Origin: Anthoceros angustus
Taxonomy: Eukaryota; Plantae; Anthocerotophyta
DNA: 64,000 nt
Reading direction: 5' to 3'
Assembly (NCBI GenBank): GCA_010909165.1
Contig: MU008177.1
Coordinates: 186,001-250,000 of the forward strand
The notes under the pieces: model-generated
The model's input: only the letters and a program-made list of their open reading frames with translations
Database searches by the model: none
Told to the model about the DNA's origin: nothing
Part shown: positions 37,870 to 50,302 of the stretch, in pieces
Position numbering within the stretch: position 1 is the stretch's first letter
How the letters are laid out: the number at the start of each line of letters is the position of its first letter
Translations under genes and position numbers: made by a program

Positions 37870-39742
37870 TGACTGCCATACAATGGCGCCGCGTACCGAC
37901 ATTGGCGCCCAACGCCCGACATTGACTTGCCATACAATGGCGCCTAACGCAAAATAATAATGGCGCCTATCGCCAGTGAACGCCCAATTATCCATAGTTG
38001 GGCGTTAATGGCGCCCAAATAACGCTCAACAATGGCGTCCAACGCCCAACTATGGCGCCCAATTATCGCCCAACAATGGCCCCCAATTAATGCCCAACAA
38101 TGGCCCCCAACGCCCAACTATGGCGCCCAACGCCCGACAATGGCTGGCCATCCAATGGCGCCCAACGCCCGACAATGGCTGGCCATACAATGGCGCCCAA
38201 CGCCCAAAAATCGCTGCCACCTACCAATGGCTCCCCGCCACCCTCCCGCCTCCTCCCGCCCGCCACCGACAATCGTTGGCCCAACAATCGATGGCCACCG
38301 CCCATGGCTCCTCGCCGCCACCTCCCGCCTCCTCCCCCCCGCCACCCTCCCCTACCAAAAACTCCCTCCATCCCCTTCCCAATGGCTAACGCCGACAATG
38401 GACGCTAATCGCGCCTAACGCCCAACAATGGCGCTGACACCCGCCAGCTCGCCAATGGCTCCCCGCCCGCCACCCTCCCGCCTCCTCCCCGCTACCCCGC
38501 CCGCCTCCTCCCGCCGCCACCCCGCCCGCCTCCCGCCCGCCACCCCGCCCGCCTCCTCACCGCCACCCCTGCCCCCACCAAAACTCTCCTCCATCCCCTT
38601 TCCAATGGCGCCTAACGACAATGGCTGGCCATACAATGGCGCCTAATGCCCACAATGGTCTGGCCCGACAATGGCTGGCCATACAATGGCGCCCAACGCC
38701 CGGCAAAGGTTGGCCCAACAATCAAGTAGCTAGCCCGCCAATGGCTCCCCACCGCTACCCCTCGCCTCCTGCCGCCACCTCCCTCCACCAAAACTCTCCT
38801 CCATCCCCTTCACAATGGCGCCCAATGCCCGAGAATGCCATACAATGGCGCCTAACGCCGACAATGCCCGACAATGGCCACCGCCAATGGCTCGCTTGCC
38901 ACCCTCCCGCCTCCTCCTCGCCACCCTCCCGCCTCCTCCGCCACCCTCCCCACCAAAACTCTCCTCCATCCCCTTCTCACCGGGCGCCTAACGCCCGACA
39001 ATGGCTAGCCATACAATGGCGCCTAATGCCCGACAATGGCTGGCCCGACAATGGCTGGCCCGACAATCGCTAGCTAGCCAATGGCTCCCCACCGCTACCC
39101 CTCCGCCTCCTCCCGCCACCTCCCTCCACCAAAACTCTCCTCCATCCCCTTCACAATGGCCCAATGCCCGGGAATGGCCATACAATGGCGCCCAACGCCG
39201 ACAATTGCTGGCCCGACAATCGTTGGCCCAACAATGGCCAGCCTAATCCCCGCTTGCCACCCTCCCGCCTCCTCCTCGCCACCCTCCCCACGCCTCCTCC
39301 TCCCCTCGCCACCTCCCCACCAAAACTCTCCTCCATCCCCTTCTCACTTGGCCTGGACAATGGCTAGCCATACAATGGCGCCCAATGCCCGGCACAATGG
39401 GCCGACAATGGCTGGCCCGACAATCGTTGGCCCAACAATCGCTAGCTAGCCCGCCATCGGTGGCCAGCCATCGGTGGCCAGCACAATGGCTCCTCGCCAC
39501 CCCTCGCCTCCTCCCCGGCTTGCAACCCTCCCCTACCAAAAACTCTCCTCCATCCCCTTCTCAATGGCGCCTAACGCCGACAATGGCTAGCCATACAATG
39601 GCGCCCAATGCCCACAATGGTCAGCCCGACAATCGTTGGCCCAACAATCGTGGCCACCGCCAATGGCTCCTCGCCACCCCTTCCGCCTCCTCCCTTTGCC
39701 ACCCTCCCCTACCAAAAACTCTCCTCCATCCCCTTCCAATGG
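37870..39742 (+). repeat. C-rich satellite array B (same family and orientation as array A)
   Basis: Same marker and subunits. The left end is made of simple ~20 bp 'tggcgcccaacgcccgacaa' units. Confidence 0.92.
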
Positions 39743-42700
39743 CGGCCAACGCCGGGCGGTCCAGTGCTGGCTGTCCGGGACGGCGGGGGCCCCATGGAGG
39801 TAGGGTGTGCGGAGGTAGGTGGCGGTGGCCGAGTCGAACAGCAAGTAGGTGGCCCGATTGCCTACGGCTCAGGCGGGCCAGGCTGTGGCTGACCCGAGTG
39901 CACACCGCCGGTGTGCCACCGTGGTGCGGTCGATGCGTGTGTTGCAATGGTGGCGGTGGGAATTTATTTTTCCTGGATTTTGTTGAGTTTCTTTCCGGTA
40001 GCTGGGGGATTTCCTACCCCCAGCTTTTGGTTGCGAGTTGCACGTGCGGGCGCTAGTTTGGTGGGTCGGCAGTGGTTCTGTGGGTTGCAGTCCCTCTAGG
40101 CAGAGCACAACAGGACACGGAGTGTCCTGTTGTGCTCAACTTTGCTATGGTGTCAAGAGGGTGAAAACCCACATTGGGCACATGCATAAAGATTTCGACC
40201 AGACTACTTGGGCTGCCCAAGTGCACATTGCGACCTCCTCAGTTACTCGGTGCGAGGCGTCGATGTCGTCCTCCTTTGGGGTGCTCTCTCTTCCACAGGA
40301 ATGGTGCGGGTCGGTGGATCACATCCTTGGGATGTTTGAAACCCGCTTTCCATGCATGCGCATCTTCCAGCTTCCCGCCACCTTCATGATGATGCACGTT
40401 TGGCGTTCCGTCTTCCTTGGATCGCCTTGCGCCGATCCCGTGACGAGTTAGCTGCTCACCTTCTCCCCGATCGCCTTGATTGTACTAGGGGTGGGGCTTC
40501 TGGACATCGGTTGCAAGCCGTCTTGGCGCTTTGGTGGTGTGGGCATCCTCCGTGAGGAGGCTGCGTGCTACCAAGGCTCAGGCGGAATCCGCATGTAGCT
40601 TGGAAGGTCCGGGTAATGCAACAAACTGCGTCGTTGCAAGTTTCTTGGGCAAGTGTATACTCGCTGCCAGGCTCTTGACCCCTCCCCAGCCCCGCAAGAG
40701 ACCATTGTTGCCCTCCGTGCCCTCCATCCAGCACCCAAGGATGCCATCCCGCCAGACATATCCGACTATGTCCCGGATGATCCCTTCTCCCTAGATCGGG
40801 TAGCTTTTGCTCTGGCACTCTCTACGACCCCATGTCTTTCATTTGCCGAGTTGTCAGGAATGGTGTTTGAACAACTCAAGGACCTTTTTCTCCTCGAAGA
40901 TCCATCTAGTGGCTTCCCAAAGCTCTTTTCTCTGGCCGCTGTGGTGGCTCGGGGTGAGACGCCTTACCGGATTTCCCATGTTCTTGCAGCTAGCAGGCTT
41001 GTCACTATGGACAAGTGCCCGATGCGCCCACTGCGGTCGGGAAGCCTTCATGCGGCTTCTCGCACTATTGCCCGCCCGTGCCGCTCCTTCTCCGGCACCT
41101 CAACCCCCCTTCAATTTGGCATTGCCACTCCGGGGGGCTGTAAGTCTGTGGTGCTTGGAGTGAAGGCATGCCTTGATACCCACCTGGAGTGGGTGGTCTT
41201 ACAGGTTGATGTCGAGGACGCCTTCAATACCATTTCTAGGAGCGTCATCTTCAAGGAGCTTAGGGATGCTAGCGGCGTCCTGGGGAGCCTTATACTTTTT
41301 GTCCGGTGCTTCTACGGGAGGTCCTCCAACCTCTACTACCAGCACAAGAATGTCTCTTCAGAGTTCTTGTCTCTGTCTTGAATCGTCGGTACCGTGCAAG
41401 CGACCCCAGGCGGTGCTCTCGCCATTGCTCTATAGGGCCCTATCTAGGCCTTAGCGCGCCGACCGTGTCTTCACCGGCACGATCTCTCACATGGTCGGGC
41501 CTGGGGACAGAGTCAAGGAGGCCTTTGAGCTCTTCTATCATGAGCTTTCTTTGGTGGGCTTGAAGATCAAGCTGTCCAAGTCCTGCGTCTGGTCTCCGTC
41601 GGGGATTTTACCTACTTTGCAGTTTCCTGCTGGGGAGATTGCTCCGGCATTGGGACTGCGGATTCTAGGGGTCCCTTCGGTTCCCTCTGACTCATCGGAG
41701 CTCTCGGACTGATCTCGCAGGACCTCTCCCATGTCGAGGACCTCCCTGTCAGGAGGATACATAGGTAGCCTTTGGAATTCTTTTCTCTGCTTTTGCTAGG
41801 CGCCACAGTTACCTCATCCGACGCCCCGCCTGGCCTCGACCTTTTGTCCCACGGCGCTTGATAGGAAGATTGCTCGACATTTATTACTGATGGTTTCAGG
41901 GGGTTGTAGGCATTCCTGCTCGAGAAGCAGCTCGGCCAGGCTTTCCAGTCTGTCCTCCAGGACCCCTCCATCCCCAAGTCCACAAGAGCGCTCCTCTTGT
42001 TCGAAGGGAGATGTTGGCTACTGGCCCGCCCATGCATACGGGGTTTTCACATCGCACCAACCACCTTCACTATTACGATGTGATTCCATCTTGGCCTCGC
42101 CCACTGCGGGCTTTGCTCCTTACTTGCAGTGCGGCTCGCCTCGATGATTCTCACACTTGCTCGCCGTCCCCGTGGGTCATCGACTGCACTCACGACGCCA
42201 TCCGCGATGTCATGTTCGGCCATCGTCATGAAAGGCTACACGCTTGAGGGAGCCGGTGTATACTCCGCACATGTCGCTCAATCGTGGCGACTGCACCTTG
42301 TCCATGGCGCAGTTTCGGCGTATGGTGGTTACCGATCCTACACGAGACACCATCTCCGCCAGTCATCACTAACCTGTGTTGGGTCGCACGGAGCAAAGGT
42401 GACTCTCAAGGTCCGCAAATATAGTGTGATGCAAGTGGGCCACCTCTTGATTCCGCCACACTAGAAACGATGGGTAATGGTCGAGGACTTTGACAAATTT
42501 GTCAAGTCCCATGCCAAAGCTTACCATGCAGACATGGTGCGGGCCGTCCTCTCAGATTTCACACTACTTCCAACAACGGGTTTCAATCGCCTTCAACGGC
42601 GCCTCAGCGATCCTCCACAAGGCGGTGGCAGTGGGTGACGCATCTTCCTCTACCTCCGTGGTTTGCAGCCGCTTATTCTTCCCGCATGACATTGTGGTGT

Positions 42701-42815
42701 GAGGTGACTTTAAGTAGGGAGCTCAGTTGCTCCTCTCCACCTCGACCCCCTGGTCCCCTTTGATTGCCCCCTTCTGGATGGGCTTTTCCTATCGTTTTTT
42801 CACCTCAATAAAAAC
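39743..42815 (+). mobile_element. CRE/SLACS-clade non-LTR retrotransposon (zinc finger, RT, RLE endonuclease), degenerate
   Basis: KTHIGHMH (C2H2-like); LRALHP; SGMVFEQL; PLQFGIATPGG; VLQVDVEDAFNTISR; FVRCFYG; GLKIKLSKS; GLRILGVP; THDAIRDV; KVRKYS; YFQQRVSIA. A short A-rich end 'caataaaaa' at ~42807-42815. Confidence 0.82.
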
Positions 42816-42819
42816 CTTT

Positions 42820-43050
42820 CCATTTGCATGATTCGTGTCTTTAAAGTGTAGTATGGGCATGAGGTTTGTTTGAGGGAAAACGCTGGAGATTATTACTTTA
42901 TATTGTTATTGGGTAGGTACCTAATATTTTCCCCATGACTTAAGGTGTCAAAACATTACCATTAGGTGTATATTATGGGGCAAGTAATTTGCATGATGGG
43001 TGTGTACAGTGTAGGATGGGCATGAGGTTTGTTGAGGGGTTGAGGGAAAA
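42820..43050 (+). repeat. Dispersed non-coding repeat, related to 2375-2620
   Basis: Shares 'atttgcatgatgggtgtgtacagtgtaggatgggcatgaggtttgttgaggg'. Confidence 0.75.
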
Positions 43051-43182
43051 GAGGCCGGCAGTCGAATTGGGAAAGAAATCCCACGTTCCTTGGCTCGGTT
43101 TGCGCTGTGGTTGCTTTGTCCTTGTCCTGCAGAGTGCGCATTGCGGTGCGATTGCTTTACCCGCTCCACACCCTGGGGTCTC

Positions 43183-43190
43183 TAGGGTTT
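43183..43190 (-). promoter_or_regulatory. Telo-box-like motif (AAACCCTA) upstream of the PUX10-like gene
   Basis: tagggttt lies ~360 bp upstream of the ATG. It is a short motif and could occur by chance. Confidence 0.3.
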
Positions 43191-43548
43191 GAGTCTGCAG
43201 GCGAGCACGCTCGGCCTCAGGAGGCGCCGTTGCTGGGGAGCAGGCTCGGTTTTATCAAGCACAAAGATCGGTGAGCCATGAAGCTGCACTTTGCATTTTC
43301 TGCGAGCTGTTGTGCTAATTTGCTGCTCAGCTCTGCAATTGTGCTTGTCGAGGGTTTGCGGCAGTGCTTTTGTAGCTCGGTTTGAAAGGGTGCTGAATTG
43401 CTCCTGCTCTCGCAGCGTGCGCAGACCGGATGAGCGAGAGCATCCAGATATGTGGAGATTCTCATGAGCAAGGGCGAGCGTGCGGGGGACGCGGGTAGGA
43501 GGGAGTAGGGGTTGAAGGTGGTTTGGCGGTGCGAGAGGGGGGCCAGAC

Positions 43549-45547
43549 ATGGCAGATCAGGACGGGGAGGCCGACCAGAAGCTGGCACACTTTCAGGATG
43601 TGACGGGTGTGGCCGACGCTGCCCTTTCGGTGCAGATTCTGGAGGCTCACGACTGGGATTTGCATGCGGCTGTGTCAGCCATGGTGGACCATGTTCCGGG
43701 GGAGAGCAACCTGCCTCCTTCCACGGGGGCTGGGGACTGGGATGCCAACGATTTAGGTGCCGAGGGCCAGCCGGAGCGGGAAGGTCTTGGTGCCCGGAAC
43801 GATGCCACCAGCAATGGAGCGCCGGCGGAGCCGTTACAGAGAGTGAACTCAGCCCCCTCCCAATTCTCACCCGGCTTGCTGCATTACCCCAGATTTAATT
43901 CCGCGCACTATGAGGGACTGGCCGGCCAGTTTCAGGAAAGGTACGGCATCCGGATCAATCAGATCATGCGGCAGCAGCCACAAGGTGCCCCCGGCCTGGT
44001 GTGGAGGATTGTAACCCTACCTTTTTCGGTCATTAGGGGAAGCTACAATCTCGTGTCTGGGGCTGTCGGGCTTGGTTGGTGGGTGGCTGGCGGCGTGTTG
44101 TCTTACGGGCTCGGGGCTTTGGGCTTGCTTGGTAATGCGGGCCAGGAAAGGAGGGGTACCGGTAGGCTTCTTCCGGCCTCCACAGGCGCCACGGAAGCAC
44201 AGAATTTCATAAGGAACTTTGAGAGGGAGTATGGCGAGATACATCCCGTCTTCCAGACCATGAGTTTTATGGAGGCCTTGAGAAGGGCTGGCGAAGAGTT
44301 CAAGTTTCTCTTCTTGTACCTGCATTCGCCAGAGCACGCAAACACTCCCCACTTCTGTTCCAGAACCTTGTGCTCTGAGGCTGTGGTTCAGTTTGTGAAT
44401 GACAATTTTCTGGCCTGGGGGGGAGATGTGAGAACAAGCGAAGGGTTCCAGATGAGCAACAGCCTTAAGGCGTCAACCTTCCCCTTTTGTGCTATTGTGA
44501 TGGGATCGTCAAATAATCGCATTGTTATGCTGCAGCAGGTGGGTATTACCACTGGGCTTTGATGGCCAGCCTTCACAGAGACGAAAGGGAACTCTTACAC
44601 TTTTTGTGTTTCTCTAGAGAATCTGCCTGCCTCCTTGTGCTTCTCTTACTTCATACCTCTCAAGTGGAGTTTATGATTAATTGTTTGGCTGCTGTTGGTA
44701 CAGATTGAGGGACCAAGGACACCGGATGAGCTGGTTGGGGTCTTGCGAAGGGTGGTGGAGGAGCAGGGTGCTGTCCTTGTTGCTGCAAGAGTGGAGGAAG
44801 AGGAAAGACGCCTGAACAGGCGGTTGAGGGAGGAACAAGATGCAGCTTATCAGGCTGCTCTCCAAGAGGATCAAGTAGGCCTATCTATATGGTTTGCTGA
44901 TGCTCTGTTACGCTGCATTGTGTCGTAGCTCTTTCATCACCTTCATGCACTCCGATATTGGGATAGGACAGCGATATGTATGCTTACAGGGGTGTGTCTT
45001 GGGATGGCAGGAGCGAGAGCGGAGAAGGCAGGAGGAAGCAGACCTGGCTGCGAAAGCAGCTGCAGAGGAGGAGAGGAGGAGGAAGGAGGAAGAGGAAGCA
45101 GCAGCCAGGGCAGCAGCAGAGGCAGCTGAGAGAGAAGCTGCTCTGGAGAGACGCAGGAAGGAAAAGGCTGCAGCCTTAGGTGTTGAACCAGAGAAAGGTC
45201 CTGAGATCACACAGGTGCGGGAAAGTGTCCAAAACCGTTTGAGTTGCTGGCAGTCAATGTGTCGAGAAAAGCTTGTTTCTCGGTATTGAACTTTGTGTCA
45301 AATGATTCTGCAGGTGGTTGTTCGGTTGCCTAATGGCGAGCGGAAGGAAAGAAGATTTCATTATTCGACCGCCGTGCACTCGCTTTATGACTTTGTGGAT
45401 TCATTAGGAAGCTTCAATGCCATCAAGTACAGCTTGGTTACAAATTTTCCTAGAACAGTATATGGGCCTGACATGCTGCAGGTCTCTCTCAAGGATGCTG
45501 CCCTCCATCCTCATGCCAACCTGTTTGTCCAAGTAGAGGACAGCTAG
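43549..45547 (+). CDS. PUX10: Plant UBX domain-containing protein 10-like (UBA-like, UAS, coiled coil, UBX); exons 43549-44538, 44704-44874, 45011-45214, 45314-45547
   Basis: KLAHFQDVTG..QILEAHDWDLHAAVS; FKFLFLYLHSPEH..FCSRTLCS; LREEQDAAYQAAL; VRLPNGERKERRF..NFPR. The GT-AG introns keep the frame. Confidence 0.92.
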
Positions 45548-45813
45548 GGTTCCGGTCTTTTGTTATTCCGTCGGTTATAACTCTGTGGACGAGAACGCTG
45601 CAGTTGCGCTGAACGAGTTTGAAGGGAACTGTTATTGTGGTTTGCCAAATGCCATGTTTTTGGCAGGTTCCAACCGTGAACTGCTGACTACCCTGTCAGA
45701 TACTTAACGGGGAAATTGGTCCATCTGTCGCACACCTAGCTTAGACCGACCGAAGCTTCAGGACGTCCCGAACGAAAGGAGGCACGATTCGCGACCAGGC
45801 TTAATAGGAAAAC

Positions 45814-47519
45814 ATGCAGATGGAGATGCCTCCCTGGGAACAGCATGCGGCTGTCATCAACATGCCCCGGTTCCTCTACAGCGTCTCTGCATCATTGCAC
45901 CAGGATTCGCACACGGGCTTCCTTATCACCTGCCCCTTCAGTGAGTGCTCATCTGAGACTTCTTCCATCGACATGCATGCTCGTGTCCCCTCTCAAGTTT
46001 CAGCTGTGATGCTGTGTGCCCTGCAACCCTAGTTGCAACGTGGAATTGGACTCGGTTGAAGTACCCGCCACTTTTTGCAAATGGCTGGCTACATTTTTGG
46101 AGATCTGTGGCCGTTTTCATTTTTGACAAGTTGAGATGGGTGCCATGATGCTTTCCAGGACGGGAAAAGAGTGCAACCAAAGAAGCCATAAAGCTTCTGC
46201 AGGAGGTACTACCAGCTCTTGGTGTCATGGTTGTGTCATTCTCCTCATTTCCCCTGAAGGCTCCTTGCCTTTTGCAGCTCTAAGCCTGTTTTCTCGTTTC
46301 CTGGCTTTGTGGCCAGCTATGTCTTTGTACAGAGACAGAATCAGGCAGTGGTGGAACTGGCCGAGCACCTACTGAAAGTGTTTCAGGGGAGGAAGAGAGT
46401 AGAGCAAGCTCTTCTTCAGAACTGCCGGAGGCAAAGAGGTTGAGATCTTTTTCTTCCATAGGTGCATGGAAATGCAGCGGGTTCGGTGATGGTGGGGACT
46501 GTAAGGACCCCGTGGTTTGTAGTGCGGATGCAACGTGCCCAATAGCAAAGGCTGCCAATGAGGTAGATGCAAATGAAGGTTCGTCACAATCGGAAGTCCC
46601 TGTTGAGGTCCAAGAAGCTGTGTCAGCCAAGTTGATGTTGGTGAAATTGGCAAAGATGGGCATTCTTTTTGTTGCGGCACCAGCGATGTCATCAAGCTCT
46701 GTTGTTTCCGTCGTGTCAAAGCTTTTTGGTGACATCCAAGCTGGTGTCAGAACACCCCCGCAGTAAGTTCACTCGTGTATGATTATCTGCTTCTTTTGAG
46801 TCTCTTCACTGGGGTTGTGGGACGTTCTTATGGCTTCAGATTTGACTTGCTACCCTGTAAATGATTTTCTTACTGCAAATTAGTATCGCATAGCAGGTGG
46901 TGTCATCGTATTCTTCCAGTTCAAGCTACATGTGTCTTGGATCATGATCCTTTGCAAGAACTGGTGTCTCGTCTGCTTAAGCTCTATCTGAAGGAGCATC
47001 TCTCTGACCCCCTGACCTCTGAAGAGCAGCACTTGAAGGTACCTGGGCAGGTTTAGCTTCATCCTGTATATAACCTTCAGTCTGATCTCATGTATAGGGC
47101 TATGTCTTGTTCGCAGTATGCTGTTGCATTCAATAGTCGAGGTGAGACGGACGAAAAAGATGGCGGAGAACCAAATTTCGGCAAAAGCCAGTGCATAAAT
47201 GCAGTGGCCGATGCAGTTCAGAGAGTTCTCCCCCCCACATCTGTCGACTTGGTTGCACCTCAAGTGAGAACCTTGTTGTTTACAGCTTGTCCAACAATGA
47301 GTCTTGAGCAACTTAGAGGATTTCAGAGACGATTGAAAGTAACCAAATTTTGGGGCGTGTATTTCTCTGTAGGTCGTGATTGTTGTTGAAGTGCTTCCGT
47401 TGGCTGGAAGTAGAAGTTCCCCGGTGTGCGCTGTTTCCGTTCTTCCGGGGCTCCTGTTGGACACGAAGCCCCGGATTTGTATCAAGCCTTTGATTGGCCC
47501 CAAAAGCAAGAGAAGATAG
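45814..47519 (+). CDS. THUMP domain-containing protein (plant type); exons ~45814-45940, 46159-46205, 46317-46763, 46896-47038, 47117-47263, 47372-47519
   Basis: PWEQHAAVINMPRF..SHTGFLITC|RREKSATKEA; WCHRILPVQATC; YAVAFNSRG; SVDLVAPQ; VVIVVEVLPL..KPRICIKPL. Canonical splice sites. Confidence 0.85.
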
Positions 47520-47847
47520 CAAACCGTCTGAAAATATGGCTGAAAATTTCGATCCTACTGTAAATGATGAAACCAGAGAGAAGGTTCATCCCGCACCCAG
47601 GTGGATAGCGACCACCAGGAGGAGTTTCAATTACCGGACATTGTTGCGAAGGTGGAAGGCCTTTCATTGAACTAGACAGCACATCTCCAAACGCTTGTGG
47701 CAAGACACAATAAACATATACATTAGGTCTTAACTATTATGGTTAAGAACTATTAAATCAAGTTCCATCAAGCTCATCGTCTTTGCATTACTCCCATTGT
47801 GCTCTGCCAGTTGAGACGATACCCATGATCTCGTGCTCCGCCCAAGT

Positions 47848-49891
47848 TCAGGAGTCTTCTGGGTTGGGTAGTGGGCAATATTCTGTTGTGTCAGTAGCCA
47901 ACCCATACAGGGTACGATAGACAGAGCCAGTTCTGTGTATGACCACAAAATTCAACAAAGCACCAATCAAGCACATTCCTGCCATGAGAATGAAGGTGGA
48001 CCGGAAACAATGTGCACCGTAGCATGTTTCATCTCCTGTGGTTTCCCTGTCATATAAAAAGCCTGCCAAAAGTCCTGAGAAGAGGTAGGAGCCCAGAGGA
48101 ATAGACATAGATAGGAAGTTGTAGTGCATGCCAAAGTTTTGAAGTCCAAACAGCTCTGATGCTGTGGGCAGTAGTATCGAGAAGTGGGCACCGTAGCTAA
48201 CTCCTAGGATGATTGACCCCACGTACAGTGAGCTAGGAAATGCCGAAGCAAACAGCAGGTGACTGATCAGCATGAGAGCTTGAGCAACCAGTAGCCATTT
48301 GAGCCTATGAGTTGCCGAGTACCTGTAACAAGGATTAATCGCACATTGTCACATTGTATATTAAGCTTCGCTTGCAGTCTAGACAATTTGGTAAGCACAA
48401 GCACATCCAGTCCAGACCTGAGATAGTACTCTGAGAGAGCGCCTGCTCCCAAGCGACCCAATGAGTTCCAGATGCTGACGAGAGAGATGAAGATGCCAGC
48501 ACTCGGATACCCTTGGGCCTCCCCCATTTGTCCAAGATTGTTGATGGCAGTAATACCAGAGCCCAGACCAAAAAAGAACACCAGAAACAACAGCCAGTAG
48601 TCCATGCTCACCATGGCCTGCATCAGAGTGAAGTCCTGTCCAAGCTTTGGTCCCAGACTCCTCCTTTCCTTTGATTGAAAACCACCAACCCTACTTGAAG
48701 ATTGTGCAATACAGCCGATGCTTGAGCTCTGGCCACAGGGTCTTTCCCCATCTACGCTCATAAAGTCCTCAGCAGACCAAACTCTCTCATCCACTTTAGG
48801 ATGAAGACTTTGTGTGCTACTCTGCTGTTCCGATCTGAGATGCGGATGAGGGTCGGTCCTGCCACCACGACAGTAGTCTATGAACATCTTGCCAGGAATG
48901 ACAAGTGGGAAGAGAAGAAAAGCGAGGACTGTTCCTGCAAAGAGCTTATGAGTAGCTGCGGTGATAGGGGCCAAGGCATCCTCGGCAACAACCACCCCCA
49001 TCAAGAATAGAGCTAATAACACAAAAATTGCCTGGATCACCATAAATCTCTTGTTTTCAGTCTGGCTTTCTCCAGCACCTTGTTGCCAATATGAAGTCCC
49101 TGCTAAGAGAAAACTCGGTAAATCAGGAGTTCCTCGTCAGACAGTCTCAATCCCTCGGCAATGTACAACTGCTCGACAAGTGAAATACCCACTCTGAGCA
49201 CCTGCAGTACCTTGCGGGGTTGTGATATGCAGGAATGGCATGGCGAGCAGGCAAACCACAGCAGGACCGACAGCTACAAGTAGCAGAAAGGATGCAGCAT
49301 CGTCGGTGAAAAGCACTGTGTAGAGCAGAGTGAAAATGGCACTGCTGAGGCCATAGCTGCCTTTCAGTACTCCAGTCACCATCCCTCTGTATGTGGGGAA
49401 GTTCTTCAGACAGGTGACTAAAGCTGCCGTATCCAACCATGTTGAGCTGTTAGCTCCGACACATATTGCAATGCACATCTGCCGACACCACGGCAGACAA
49501 GTTACTCACCACCCGTGCCTACTCACACCAGTGGAGGACCCGGCCACCCGCAATGGAATAGTACCTGCCAGAAGGGGAGGGGCGCGATTCGCTCACTGGC
49601 GACCAGCCACAACACGCCATAGCCTGCAAAACTGTGCAACGCGCCCATGACAAGAATCACCCATGGGGGCCAGTTGCTAGACGCCCATCCAGAGGGCAAG
49701 CCAACATTGTCACCAATATCTTTGGCAAAACCCAGATTATTAAGCTCAGATTGCGTATACTGCAACACAGTCTTCAGCACCGGAGAGTAGAAGCCAAATG
49801 TGTAGCCATTGCCTGCTGAGGCCTCAACCCAGGAGCCGGTGATCAATCCCACCCACGTCTTTGCAACCGTGGGTGCCAGATAGCCAGCCAT
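47848..49891 (-). CDS. NFD4/nodulin-like major facilitator superfamily transporter, paralogue 1; about 4 exons (49891-49565, 49478-~49193, ~49101-48417, ~48323-47848)
   Basis: WVEASAGNGYTFGFYSPVLK..LGFAKDIGDNVG; NSSTWLDTAALVTCLKNFP; GQDFTLMQA..INNLGQMG; SELFGLQNFG..CYGAHCF. Confidence 0.92.
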
Positions 49892-50302
49892 GACTGCCTT
49901 GACAGAGCGAAACTGGCTGTTCCCCAGGATCTCCGCCTGCATCAGTCCAGTCCAGATATTGGGCTTTCCGGGGAGGAGACTCGTAAGAAAGAGAGTGCCC
50001 AGGGAGCCTGTGGAAACGACACGTACAACGTGCCCACTTCGTTTTCCTATGAGCGAGCAATTGGGATCCTGCTCTGGTTCTGATGCAATTGGTCATGAGT
50101 CGCAGGCGCGTGGGCACACAAGGTTTGGTTGCACCAGCTCCAAGTCGGCTGTCTCATGGGTTGTTGCACCGATCGTGACCCCTAGGCTTGTCACAATGAA
50201 AGACGGGGGCGGGCTGCCTACCGGAATTGGAGGTTGGAATTTGTGAGCTTCTCTTTGTCAAACGGGAGCAGGTTGAATGTGGACTCGACGACGCGGCTCA
50301 CC

